Virus record (IMG/VR): IMGVR_UViG_3300020160_001966
Coordinates: 32,001-96,000 of that record
Reading direction: 5' to 3' (one strand)
Source of the DNA: a virus
DNA: 64,000 nucleotides
Every line of letters begins with the position of its first letter. Within the stretch, counting starts at the first letter, position 1. The notes beneath the pieces are model-generated. The model did no database searches and had not been told where the DNA came from. It worked only from the letters and a program-made list of their open reading frames with translations. The translations under genes were made by a program, and so were the position numbers. This document shows positions 37,505-46,950 of the stretch, piece by piece.

Positions 37505-37982
37505 AGAACCAGTTAAAGAACCAGTTAAGGAAAAAGTTAAAAGAAAAAAACAAGATAAGCCGCATTATGTCAATGCGAGAGAATTCGAAGATGCTTTGAT
37601 AAAATATTATGATGATGATAAAATAAGCGATTATATTGGGCAGAGTTTACATAAAATAGCAACAGGGTTATCGTACGCTCCCAACTTTATAAATTATTCC
37701 TTCAAAGAAGATATGGTAGGTGATGCAGTTGTTAAAATGTACCAAGCCATATTGCATAAAAAATTTAAATTGAATAAAGGTTTTTCTCCTTTTGGTTATT
37801 TTACAACCATCGCATATCATGCTTTCATATGTCGAATAAAAAAGGAAAAGAAACATCATGAGGTCATTGAAGAGTATAAGGAAAGAAACTTTGATTTAAT
37901 GATGCAAGGTTCAGAGGATTTTCCCTCACATAAAGTTTATAGTAGACCAGCACCTTTGGACAAAGCCGATTATACCTACTAA
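37494..37982 (+). CDS. gp55: Late-transcription sigma factor gp55
   Basis: HYVNAREF, IATGLSYAPNFINYSFKEDMVGD, FGYFTTIAYHAFICRIKKEKK. Confidence 0.92.
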   Translation: MKIKEPVKEPVKEKVKRKKQDKPHYVNAREFEDALIKYYDDDKISDYIGQSLHKIATGLSYAPNFINYSFKEDMVGDAVVKMYQAILHKKFKLNKGFSPFGYFTTIAYHAFICRIKKEKKHHEVIEEYKERNFDLMMQGSEDFPSHKVYSRPAPLDKADYTY

Positions 37983-37985
37983 TAA

Positions 37986-38999
37986 ATGAAAAAAATAGCG
38001 ATATATAGCGATTTACATTTAGGTATACATCAGAATAATTCAAATTGGCACAAGATAGCCGATGAGTGGTCTGATTGGTTTATTGATGATTTAAAAAAAC
38101 AAAATTTAGATACTTTGTTTTTTCTAGGAGATTATTTTCATTCTAGATCAGAGATATCTGTCAATACTCTTCATTTTGCATCGAGTATGATACATAAATT
38201 TAAAGATTTTGATATCAAAATGCTGGTTGGTAATCATTGTAGTTTTTATAAAGATAGGCCAGATATACATTCACTTTCCATATTTAAAGGATATTCCAAT
38301 ATTGAGATTGTGGATAAGCCTAAAAATTTTGAAATCTTTGGTAAAAACGTTTTTATGGCTCCTTGGGGTACTGAAATTGATCAGATAAATGATTGTGATG
38401 TATTGATGGGGCATTTTGAAATTGAATCGTTCAAAATGAATCCTTCAAAATTTTGCGAACATGGTTTCACGGCTACTCAGTTGTTGAAAAAAACCCATCT
38501 TATATTCAGTGGCCATTTTCATTTGAGAGATGAACGAGAATATAAGAACGGTAAAATAGTATACGTTGGAAATCCTTTTCAAATGGATTTTGGTGATTAT
38601 GGTGATAGCAAAGGTTATTATGTTTTAAATTTTGAAGATTTGAGCTATGATTTTTTTGAAAACAATATATCACCTAAACATAAAAAGGTTAAACTGTCTG
38701 AATTGGATACGAATAAAGATGCCATTTCTAATAATATTGTTAAAATTATTGTAGATAAAAAGATAGAAGATGGTGGATACGACAAATATTCTCAAAATGT
38801 ATCTAATTTAAAACCCTTTTCTTTTTCTTTTGACAATTCTATGGATTTAGATGAGCCTAAATTAGATGAGGAATCTGAAAATATTGATATGTCTGGTGTT
38901 GATTTTTCCAAAGCTATAACAGATTTTGTCGATATTATGAACATCGACAATAAAGAAGATGTTTTGAATTACATAATGGATTTATATAAAAGAATATGA
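37986..38999 (+). CDS. gp47: Recombination endonuclease gp47 (Mre11/SbcD-like)
   Basis: SDLHLG, LGDYFH, VGNH, MGHFE, FSGHFH, YVGNP. Confidence 0.93.
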   Translation: MKKIAIYSDLHLGIHQNNSNWHKIADEWSDWFIDDLKKQNLDTLFFLGDYFHSRSEISVNTLHFASSMIHKFKDFDIKMLVGNHCSFYKDRPDIHSLSIFKGYSNIEIVDKPKNFEIFGKNVFMAPWGTEIDQINDCDVLMGHFEIESFKMNPSKFCEHGFTATQLLKKTHLIFSGHFHLRDEREYKNGKIVYVGNPFQMDFGDYGDSKGYYVLNFEDLSYDFFENNISPKHKKVKLSELDTNKDAISNNIVKIIVDKKIEDGGYDKYSQNVSNLKPFSFSFDNSMDLDEPKLDEESENIDMSGVDFSKAITDFVDIMNIDNKEDVLNYIMDLYKRI

Positions 39000-40786
39000 A
39001 AAAAATAATATTTAAAACTTTAAAATTAAAAAATTTTTTTAGTGTTGGAAATGAACCTGTTGTTATAAATTTTCAAAAAGGTCTTAATATTATAACAGGT
39101 ATCAATAAAGACTTAATGGATAGACAAAATGGGACTGGTAAAAGTACTATTATAGACGCTTTTCATTTTTCTTTGTTTGGGGAGACTACTAGAGATTTAA
39201 AAAAGGAATTTGTTTGCAATAATATAACGAATGAAATGTCTGAAGTGTCTTTAGCATTTTCTATAGGTGATGATCGATATGAAATATATAGAACATTGAA
39301 GCCTTCCAAATGCTACTTGTACCATAATGAGGAAGATATAAGCAGGGATAGTATGTCTAATACTACTGAATATGTTTTATCATTACTTAAAATAACACCA
39401 GAGATTTTTTCTAATTGCATATGTCTTTCTATAAATTCTACAGTTCCTTTCATGGCTCAGAAAAAGATAGAAAAAAGAAAATTCATAGAAAATGTTTTTA
39501 ATTTGAACATTTTTTCTGAAATGAATTGTTTTTTAAAAGAAGATTATTCTGATGTTAAGAAAAAATTGGAATATAATAGAGAAATGCATGTCCAATCGGA
39601 AAACAATTTAAAAATATTATTTGAAAAAAATAAAAAAATAACCGAGGAGCGTCTTAATAGAATTTTACATTGTGAGGATAATGTAAAAGAATACTCTGAG
39701 GAGATTGCTCAGTTGAATGAGTTCATATCTAATTATAACCCATCAGATAGTAAAAAAAATGAAATAAAAATACAGAAATTGTCAGATAAGGAAATTGAAA
39801 GAAATAATGCTAAAGATATTCAAATTAATGAAATCTCTAGATTAAAAACTAGTATAGATTTTTTGAATAAGAATCTATCTAAAATAGGGACCAAGGAAAG
39901 TAAATGTCCAGTTTGTTTAAAATCGTTAGATGATCACGATTTTGAATACATTGAAGAGGAGAAAAACAAAATTTTAAAAGATATTGAAAATTTCAATAAA
40001 GAAATGTCTTCAAAAAGTGTAGAACTTCAAAATTTAAAAAAAGAAATAGAGTTGATAATAAAGGCTAAAAATGTTTTAAATCAAGAAATAAACATTGATA
40101 AATTAAAAGAACAAAAAATAGTTAATGATAGAAATAAAATAACATCTTTGAATAAAAAGATGTTAGATCAACAGAAAGAAATAGATTCTTTAAAAAGTTT
40201 AAACATTAAAGAGAATGACGATACGGAACTATATGAAAAAAAATTACAAGAGATAAAGGATGGGATCGATGTATTAGTTTCCAAGATGTATATTTTGGAA
40301 AATGTTAAATTTGCTTTGTCCGAGGAAGGTATAAAAAGTTTTGTGGTCAACAAAATGTTGAAATTGTTCAATGGTAAAATATCGCATTACTTGAAAGAAA
40401 TGAACTCAAACATAACCGTGCAATTCGATCAATATTTTGAAGAAACTATTAAAAATGAGAGAAATAAACCTACGATGTATTTTAATTATAGCGGAGCGGA
40501 GAGAAAGGCTATAGACTTGGCTATCATGTTTGCTTTCATAGATATTTTGAAAATGCAGACCAATATTAATTACAATGTTCAATTTTATGATGAATTATTG
40601 GATACTAGTTTAGATTCATCTGGAGTTGAAAGTGTTGTGAAAATATTGAATAGTTTTGTGGATAATGATAATTATGGCATATATGTCATCTCCCACAGAA
40701 AAGAATGTTCGAAAATGTCAACTGGTGAAGTTGTATTTTTGGAAAAGGATAATGGTATAACGAAAAGAGTTGCTATTGAGGTTTGA
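38996..40786 (+). CDS. gp46: Recombination ATPase gp46 (Rad50/SbcC-like)
   Basis: KNFFSVGN, NGTGKST, CPVC zinc hook, YSGAERKAIDL signature, FYDELLDTSLD, VISH. Confidence 0.95.
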   Translation: MKKIIFKTLKLKNFFSVGNEPVVINFQKGLNIITGINKDLMDRQNGTGKSTIIDAFHFSLFGETTRDLKKEFVCNNITNEMSEVSLAFSIGDDRYEIYRTLKPSKCYLYHNEEDISRDSMSNTTEYVLSLLKITPEIFSNCICLSINSTVPFMAQKKIEKRKFIENVFNLNIFSEMNCFLKEDYSDVKKKLEYNREMHVQSENNLKILFEKNKKITEERLNRILHCEDNVKEYSEEIAQLNEFISNYNPSDSKKNEIKIQKLSDKEIERNNAKDIQINEISRLKTSIDFLNKNLSKIGTKESKCPVCLKSLDDHDFEYIEEEKNKILKDIENFNKEMSSKSVELQNLKKEIELIIKAKNVLNQEINIDKLKEQKIVNDRNKITSLNKKMLDQQKEIDSLKSLNIKENDDTELYEKKLQEIKDGIDVLVSKMYILENVKFALSEEGIKSFVVNKMLKLFNGKISHYLKEMNSNITVQFDQYFEETIKNERNKPTMYFNYSGAERKAIDLAIMFAFIDILKMQTNINYNVQFYDELLDTSLDSSGVESVVKILNSFVDNDNYGIYVISHRKECSKMSTGEVVFLEKDNGITKRVAIEV

Positions 40787-40821
40787 TTTATTCGATGTTT
40801 TAAGTATATATTTTAAATACC

Positions 40822-42045
40822 ATGATTCAGTTACCAAGCAATTTTATAACGTCTCCCTTATTGAAAAATTCTAGAAATTATGAACCTATTTTGCAGAAAA
40901 AAAATAATGTTGATGATTTAACTCCACCAGAGGCCAATGTTCCTAGAGTATTACAATACTACGCTGATTATAGTGGGTGTGGTTTCTGGAGAATGATATG
41001 GCCAGAGCATTTGTTGAATGCTTTCAATCACTTCACGGTTCATGGTTCTACAGTGATGAATTTGGATCCTAGATATTATGTTAATGTCAAAGCTGTAAGA
41101 ATACAAAGGCAAGCTACTTCACATCAACTTAGATTCGTCCAATTCTTAAAAGAGATATCTAAAGAAATTGGGTTTAGAGTTATATATGAAATTGATGATT
41201 TAATATTTGCCGAAGATATTCCAGAGTATAACAAATATAAGCCAGCTTTTACTGATCCAGAAATTAGAAAAAACTGTCAAGAAATTATGTCTTTGTGTGA
41301 TGAAATTACGGTAACTTGTCCATTCATGAAGCAATATTATATGGAAAAAACTGGACACAAGAATGTCACAATAATTCCAAATTTCCCTCCTAAATTTTGG
41401 CTTGGTCATTTTTATGACGAAAAGCAAATATCTAATAATTACGATACTTATAAATCCAAACCTCGTATACTATATGCTGGATCTGGTGCTCACTTTGATG
41501 TTGATAATAGAGTAAATCAAAACGATGATTTCGCCCACGTTATTGATGTTATAGCTAAAACTGTAGACAAATATCAATGGGTTTTCTTAGGTGCATATCC
41601 ATTGCCTCTTAGAAATTTGGTACAATCTGGTAAAATAGAGTTTCATCCTTGGACTAATTTATATTTTTACGGTGAGAAAATTAAAAATCTAAGAATAAAC
41701 ATGCTAGTTGCTCCTTTGCAGAATAATAATTTTAATAAATCCAAATCAGATTTGAAATTGATAGAGGCTAATGCTTTTGGTTTACCAATTGCTTGTCAAA
41801 ATCTATGCACTTATGAAAACGCTAGATTTAAATTTGATACTGGGGAAGAAATGATAGATATGATTGGCGATGTTCTTAGTAAGAAGGGTAGATACATGAA
41901 TATATCTGGTAGAGCTAGATCCGATGCTAATAAAAGATGGTTAGAGAATGATGATAATATTAAATGCTATCAAGAATTATTTTCTTTACCCTATGGTCAT
42001 AAAGATAGGAAAATTTTGAATGCTATTAACGGTATAGTTGTTTAA
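40822..42045 (+). CDS. GT-B-fold glycosyltransferase within the replication module
   Basis: YYADYSGCGFWRMIWP, IYEIDDLIF, ILYAGSGAH, LVAPLQNNNFNKSKSDLKLIEA. Confidence 0.75.
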   Translation: MIQLPSNFITSPLLKNSRNYEPILQKKNNVDDLTPPEANVPRVLQYYADYSGCGFWRMIWPEHLLNAFNHFTVHGSTVMNLDPRYYVNVKAVRIQRQATSHQLRFVQFLKEISKEIGFRVIYEIDDLIFAEDIPEYNKYKPAFTDPEIRKNCQEIMSLCDEITVTCPFMKQYYMEKTGHKNVTIIPNFPPKFWLGHFYDEKQISNNYDTYKSKPRILYAGSGAHFDVDNRVNQNDDFAHVIDVIAKTVDKYQWVFLGAYPLPLRNLVQSGKIEFHPWTNLYFYGEKIKNLRINMLVAPLQNNNFNKSKSDLKLIEANAFGLPIACQNLCTYENARFKFDTGEEMIDMIGDVLSKKGRYMNISGRARSDANKRWLENDDNIKCYQELFSLPYGHKDRKILNAINGIVV

Positions 42046-42349
42046 TTAAAAACAAAATGCTTGGATATGTAAAATATGTTAATATTGGATACCATAGTGG
42101 ATAATTCAATATTAACATTGTTAAGCCTCCAATTATTAATGATAGCCAAAAACTCATACATATCCAACAGGATAAAAGTTTTCCTAAAAATTCATTTTTA
42201 AAAGATACGATATCTATGAATTTATCAAAAGTGTATATGTATTTTTTATTAAAAAAAATATGGGATATTGTTGTTGTTAGTGGTGAAAAGAACCATAGTA
42301 TGAGTATGCTGTTTACTATAAATAACCCCATTACATACGCCGTTGTCAT
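42026..42349 (-). CDS. Membrane protein with CxxC (DUF1360-like)
   Basis: Three hydrophobic segments; GKLLSCWICMSFW. Confidence 0.55.
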   Translation of the reverse strand: MTTAYVMGLFIVNSILILWFFSPLTTTISHIFFNKKYIYTFDKFIDIVSFKNEFLGKLLSCWICMSFWLSLIIGGLTMLILNYPLWYPILTYFTYPSILFLIKQLYR

Positions 42350-42540
42350 TTTTTCAAATACTCTTTAATTCTGGATATAAAACCGTTTCTCAAATTTCTT
42401 TCCGCACATGAATTACATCCACCTTGTCTTTTTATAGCGTCTAATGTTCTATTGTATTCGTCTCTAAGGGATTGACAATCGGTTATCTCTTGTGGACACG
42501 GTTGGTTGTTATCGAAAAATCTGCTTGCAATGTCTTCCAT
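42346..42540 (-). CDS. Small Cys-rich protein
   Basis: Start refined to the ATG at 42540; CPQEITDC...GGCNSC; ATGA-coupled to the DUF1360-like gene. Confidence 0.5.
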   Translation of the reverse strand: MEDIASRFFDNNQPCPQEITDCQSLRDEYNRTLDAIKRQGGCNSCAERNLRNGFISRIKEYLKK

Positions 42541-42581
42541 AAACTGTATAATTATATTTATAATTAAAACAAAAAATTCAA

Positions 42582-45155
42582 ATGTATAGAAATTTGTCAT
42601 ATAATTCTAAAAAACAATGTATGAAAATCTTCACTTGGAGTGAAGATGGTCAAAGAATCGTAGCAGATACATCATATCGACCTTATTTGTATTTGGAGAC
42701 TAATGGTGATCATGAAGCGGTGAGTATTTTTAACACAAAATTAAAAAAGAAATCATTTTCAACTCAATTTGATAGATTAAAATATGTAAAAGAACTTGAC
42801 CCATCTACTAGATTATTCGAGAACTTAAATGTTTATCAGCAATTTTTGATCGACATGTTTCATAATGAATATCAAAAACCTGATTTTTTAAAACATCCTT
42901 TAAAGGTTTATTACTTGGATATTGAGGTTTATTCTAAAGATGAAGGATTTCCCCATCCAGAACAAGCCAATGCTATAGTTAATGTCATAACGTTATATAA
43001 TTCTTTGGATGATGTATATCATACTTGGGGTTTGAAGCAATACAAATCCAAAGAATCGAATATATATTATCACCATTGTTCTTCGGAGAAACAATTGTTG
43101 GAGAAATTTATATCTTATATCGAAAAGGATCATATGGATGTATTGTCTGGTTGGAATAGTAAACTTTTCGATATACCATATTTGGTTAATAGGATTCGAA
43201 AGATATGTGGAGATGAAGATGTTTTAAGATTGTCTCCAACCAATAATGTTTATAGTAGAAAAGCATTTGGTAAATTTGGAAGAGAAGAGACTGTTTGGGT
43301 TTTAGATGGAGTCTCTTCTGTGGATTATATTGATGCGTATAGAAAATTTTGTTTAATTCCTAGAGAGAATTACAAATTAGACACTATAGCATCCATAGAG
43401 TTGGGTGAGAATAAAGTGGATTATGGTGGTGGTAATTTTTCTGATTTGGCCGATAATAATTGGGAAACATTCGTAGACTATAATATTCAAGACGTTAAAA
43501 TTCTAGTAAAGCTGGATAACAATTTAAGATATATGGAGCTTTTAAGGTCTTTGTCCGTGACTGGTTTGACAACGATGGAGAGTGCTTTGCATAGTATAGG
43601 TGTTATAACTGGAGCAGCTGCAATAAGAGCTAGGGCTAGAGATAAAAAAATACCTACTTTTATAAGAGATTCTGATAAAATTTCCAAAAACGAAGGAGCT
43701 TTTGTGAAAGAGCCAGAGTCTGGTATACATAAACATTTGGTATCTTTCGATGCCAATTCTCTTTATCCCAACACTATGATAACTCTAAACATATCTCCTG
43801 AAACAAAGATTGGTGTTGTTATAGAAGAGAATGAAAATGAGATAAAATTGAGGGATGTTAACGATAAAACTCATACTTTATCTAAAAGTTCATTTAAAAA
43901 ACTTATAGAAAAGGAAAGTATATCTATTTCTAAAGCAAATGTTTTATTTACTCAAAAGAAAAAGGGTTTATTTCCTGAGATAATTGATATTTACTATAAA
44001 AAGCGGGTTGATGCTAGGAAAGAATTGAACAAATTAGAAAGGGAAATATCGGAAATGGAGGATGGAGATGCTAAAGATGTATTAAAAAATGAGGCGAAAC
44101 TTTTCGATATCAAGCAAATGACTTATAAAATTTTCTTAAATTCAATTTATGGCGCTTTTGGTAACAAGTATTTTGTTTTAGGTGATGATGATTTGGCTAG
44201 ATCTATAACTTTGACAGGTCAATCTATTATTAATGAAGGATCGAGTGTTTTAACAAATTATGTGGAGAATATAGTTGAAAAGAAAGTGTCTAGGGATGTT
44301 ATTAGATATATAGACACCGACAGTTTGTTTTTTTCATTTGATGAAATTATCGAAAATAATAAAATTGTTTTTTCTGAAAAAAATAAAGTTACAAAAGAGA
44401 TGTATGATCTTATAGATGATGCTACAAAATATTTAAACGAAAATATTAAAAAATGGGCTGAGATTGAACTTAACAGTAAAGATCCTAGAATAGAATTTAA
44501 GAGAGAAAAAATATGTGATCTTGGTATGTTCTTGAAAAAGAAACATTACATATTACACATATTAGATTCTGAAGGCATAAAATGTGATAAATTTAAATAT
44601 ACTGGTGTTGATGTGGTAAAAAGCACTATGCCTAAAAAAGTTAAACCTTTTGTAAAAAATATCGCAGAAACTCTTTTGACCACGATGGATCATTCTAAAA
44701 CGAATGATGTTATTGTTAAAGCGCATGATGAATTTTTGAAACTTTCATTGGAGGAAATTTCTACTATAGTTGGTATAAAAAATTACGATAAGTATTCCAA
44801 AATGTGTCAAGAGTTTCAAACTGTTAAAGGTATGCCTTATCACGTTAAAGCTGCATATTATCACAATTTACTTTTGGATAGGTTGGAATTGGGTAAAAAA
44901 TATGAAAAAATACAAAGCGGAGATAAGATTAAATTGTTTTATTTGAAACAACCTAATCGTTTTGGTATAGATTCCATAGCTTTTAAATACTATTATCCAG
45001 ATGAATTTAGGAGTTTGTTTGAAATAGATTATGAAAAAATGTTTGATAAAATAATATATTCTCCAGTTCAAAAATTTTTCAAAACAGTGAATTGGATACC
45101 TCAAAAACCTAACAATATGGTAGCTTGTAATTTGATGGATTTTTTATCTGAATAG
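42582..45155 (+). CDS. gp43: Family B DNA polymerase gp43
   Basis: Exonuclease motif LDIE; SFDANSLYP; KIFLNSIYG; YIDTDS; YTGVDVVKST. No intein visible. Confidence 0.97.
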   Translation: MYRNLSYNSKKQCMKIFTWSEDGQRIVADTSYRPYLYLETNGDHEAVSIFNTKLKKKSFSTQFDRLKYVKELDPSTRLFENLNVYQQFLIDMFHNEYQKPDFLKHPLKVYYLDIEVYSKDEGFPHPEQANAIVNVITLYNSLDDVYHTWGLKQYKSKESNIYYHHCSSEKQLLEKFISYIEKDHMDVLSGWNSKLFDIPYLVNRIRKICGDEDVLRLSPTNNVYSRKAFGKFGREETVWVLDGVSSVDYIDAYRKFCLIPRENYKLDTIASIELGENKVDYGGGNFSDLADNNWETFVDYNIQDVKILVKLDNNLRYMELLRSLSVTGLTTMESALHSIGVITGAAAIRARARDKKIPTFIRDSDKISKNEGAFVKEPESGIHKHLVSFDANSLYPNTMITLNISPETKIGVVIEENENEIKLRDVNDKTHTLSKSSFKKLIEKESISISKANVLFTQKKKGLFPEIIDIYYKKRVDARKELNKLEREISEMEDGDAKDVLKNEAKLFDIKQMTYKIFLNSIYGAFGNKYFVLGDDDLARSITLTGQSIINEGSSVLTNYVENIVEKKVSRDVIRYIDTDSLFFSFDEIIENNKIVFSEKNKVTKEMYDLIDDATKYLNENIKKWAEIELNSKDPRIEFKREKICDLGMFLKKKHYILHILDSEGIKCDKFKYTGVDVVKSTMPKKVKPFVKNIAETLLTTMDHSKTNDVIVKAHDEFLKLSLEEISTIVGIKNYDKYSKMCQEFQTVKGMPYHVKAAYYHNLLLDRLELGKKYEKIQSGDKIKLFYLKQPNRFGIDSIAFKYYYPDEFRSLFEIDYEKMFDKIIYSPVQKFFKTVNWIPQKPNNMVACNLMDFLSE

Positions 45156-45157
45156 TG

Positions 45158-45185
45158 TTGACATTTCGTATATTTTTGTTAAATT
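45158..45185 (+). promoter_or_regulatory. sigma70 promoter TTGACA-N16-TAAATT (leaderless geometry)
   Basis: -10 ends 7 nt before the ATG at 45193. Confidence 0.65.
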
Positions 45186-45192
45186 ATAGTCT

Positions 45193-45540
45193 ATGGAAAA
45201 TAAAGTTAAAGTATTCATTGATCATGTTGGACACACAATTGTTGGAGAACTTTTGGGTGAAGAAAATAAAATTTTAAAAATCAAAAATCCAGCAATTTTG
45301 ATCGCATCTCCAAATAATAACGGTCAACTTACAGTTCAACTTGTTCCCGTCTTCTTTAAAGAATTTATAAAGCAAGATAAGAGGGAAAATGGTTCTGTTT
45401 TTAATTATAATGTGGATAACATTGTGTCTTCTGAAGTCGATTTGGAAACACGTTTGTTGGAACAATATGTTGGAATGTTCACACCAGCACCTAAAGTTGA
45501 AAATAAGGAGACTCCGACAATCAAATTGTTTGATGAGTAA
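45193..45540 (+). CDS. Conserved T4-like hypothetical protein (Sm-like beta fold)
   Basis: G.TIVGEL...LKIKNPA.L beta pattern; located between gp43 and uvsX. Confidence 0.55.
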   Translation: MENKVKVFIDHVGHTIVGELLGEENKILKIKNPAILIASPNNNGQLTVQLVPVFFKEFIKQDKRENGSVFNYNVDNIVSSEVDLETRLLEQYVGMFTPAPKVENKETPTIKLFDE

Positions 45541-45562
45541 TTAAATCTAATATTTGATGCTA

Positions 45563-45599
45563 AAAAAATCCGTGAGAGTTTGACTTTCACGGATTTTTT
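45563..45599. terminator. Bidirectional intrinsic terminator overlapping the uvsX promoter
   Basis: AAAAAATCCGTGAGAG-TTTGA-CTTTCACGGATTTTTT stem-loop with flanking A and T tracts. Confidence 0.75.
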
Positions 45600-45607
45600 G
45601 TTAACAT
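45580..45607 (+). promoter_or_regulatory. sigma70 promoter TTGACT-N16-TAACAT (leaderless geometry)
   Basis: -10 ends 6 nt before the uvsX ATG. Confidence 0.65.
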
Positions 45608-45613
45608 ATATAC

Positions 45614-46711
45614 ATGGCTAAAAATAAAAAAGAATCCGATGTAGGTGATGAAACTGTTGGTGATATTGAAGACGCTTTTAAGGTTTTAGAGGACTTGAAT
45701 CCAGAAGCTGCGTATCTTAATCAGAACACCTTGTCTACGGTTAAGGATTGGATTGACACTGGTTCAATGGCTCTAAATGCTGTTATATCTGGTTCTATAT
45801 ATGGCGGTATTCCTATGGGTAGGATTACTGGATTAGTTGGTCCACAAGCTTGTGGTAAAACCTTAATTGCAAATAAAGTTATGGCAAATGCTCAAAAGAA
45901 AGGAATGCATGTTGTATATTTCGATACTGAAAATGCTTTAGATCCAGATACCGCTATTTCTTTAGGTTGCGATGCTAAAAGAATTAAACATTGTCCCATA
46001 GAAATCATTGAAGATTGTAGAAATCAAATAGTTAAATTTTTGAAGAATATTGTGGATAATAAACTTCAAGGAAAGGTTATGATAGTTATAGATTCTTTGG
46101 GTAATTTGATATCCTCCAGAGAGGCTAAAATTATAGAAGATGGGAAGGATAGTGCTGACATGGGAGCCAGAGCCGTTTCTTTAAAAAGCATGTTGAGAGC
46201 TATTACACACGCCGCAGCTAAGGCTAATTGCGCTGTTTTATTCACAAATCATGTATATGATAATCCAGCAGCACTATATCCAACATTGGTAAAAAACCAG
46301 AGTGGAGGTTCAGGTCCACTTTATATGTCTTCTGTAATCGTTCAATTAGCTACCAAACAAGAAAAAGTTGGAAAATCTGATAACAAAGACGCTGAAGAGG
46401 ATGCTACAGCTTTAGCTAAAGGTATAAATGGTTTAACTATCAGGGCTTTCTGTGTGAAAAATAGATTTTCTATTCCGTTCTTGGAGACTGAAATGTATTT
46501 AAATTTTAAGACTGGTTTGAATGAATTGTCTGGTTTATTGGAAATGGCAGAAGGTTATAATGTTTTACAAAAACAAGGTCATCGTTACGTTTTTAACGAT
46601 GAAGTTTTGGGTTTTTATAAAGATTGGAAAAATGATGAAAATGTGTGGAATAAATTTTTACCACTTTTGGATGAAACTTTGAAAAAAGAATTGAGATTTA
46701 AAAAGGAATAA
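45614..46711 (+). CDS. uvsX: RecA-like recombinase UvsX
   Basis: DWIDTGSMALNAVISGS, GPQACGKT, IDSLGNL, SGGSGPLY, KNRF. Confidence 0.93.
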   Translation: MAKNKKESDVGDETVGDIEDAFKVLEDLNPEAAYLNQNTLSTVKDWIDTGSMALNAVISGSIYGGIPMGRITGLVGPQACGKTLIANKVMANAQKKGMHVVYFDTENALDPDTAISLGCDAKRIKHCPIEIIEDCRNQIVKFLKNIVDNKLQGKVMIVIDSLGNLISSREAKIIEDGKDSADMGARAVSLKSMLRAITHAAAKANCAVLFTNHVYDNPAALYPTLVKNQSGGSGPLYMSSVIVQLATKQEKVGKSDNKDAEEDATALAKGINGLTIRAFCVKNRFSIPFLETEMYLNFKTGLNELSGLLEMAEGYNVLQKQGHRYVFNDEVLGFYKDWKNDENVWNKFLPLLDETLKKELRFKKE

Positions 46712-46715
46712 TATT

Positions 46716-46949
46716 ATGTATATATCAACTTGGGTATCAAAAAAATCACCTATAATGGAAGAAATCAGATTAGCTTTGAAGAAAAAAGCTGGCAAGGGAG
46801 AGCCTTCATTGTCTAGAAGAGAAGCTAATAGAACTTGGAGAGAAGACGTATTGGGCATATTGTCCGATGAACAAAAAAGAGAAAGAAAGAATAAAAATAG
46901 AGAGAGAAATAATAGAAGTAAGAAAATAATTCAAATAGAGGAGGAATAA
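46716..46949 (+). CDS. Small basic hypothetical protein
   Basis: 77-aa frame that fills the gap in the operon. Confidence 0.45.
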   Translation: MYISTWVSKKSPIMEEIRLALKKKAGKGEPSLSRREANRTWREDVLGILSDEQKRERKNKNRERNNRSKKIIQIEEE

Positions 46950-46950
46950 T

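Noticed and set aside
37503-37526. 12-bp tandem duplication (AAAGAACCAGTT x2) at the gp55 5' end
   Set aside because: It encodes KEPVKEPV in a variable N-terminal tail; no regulatory evidence.
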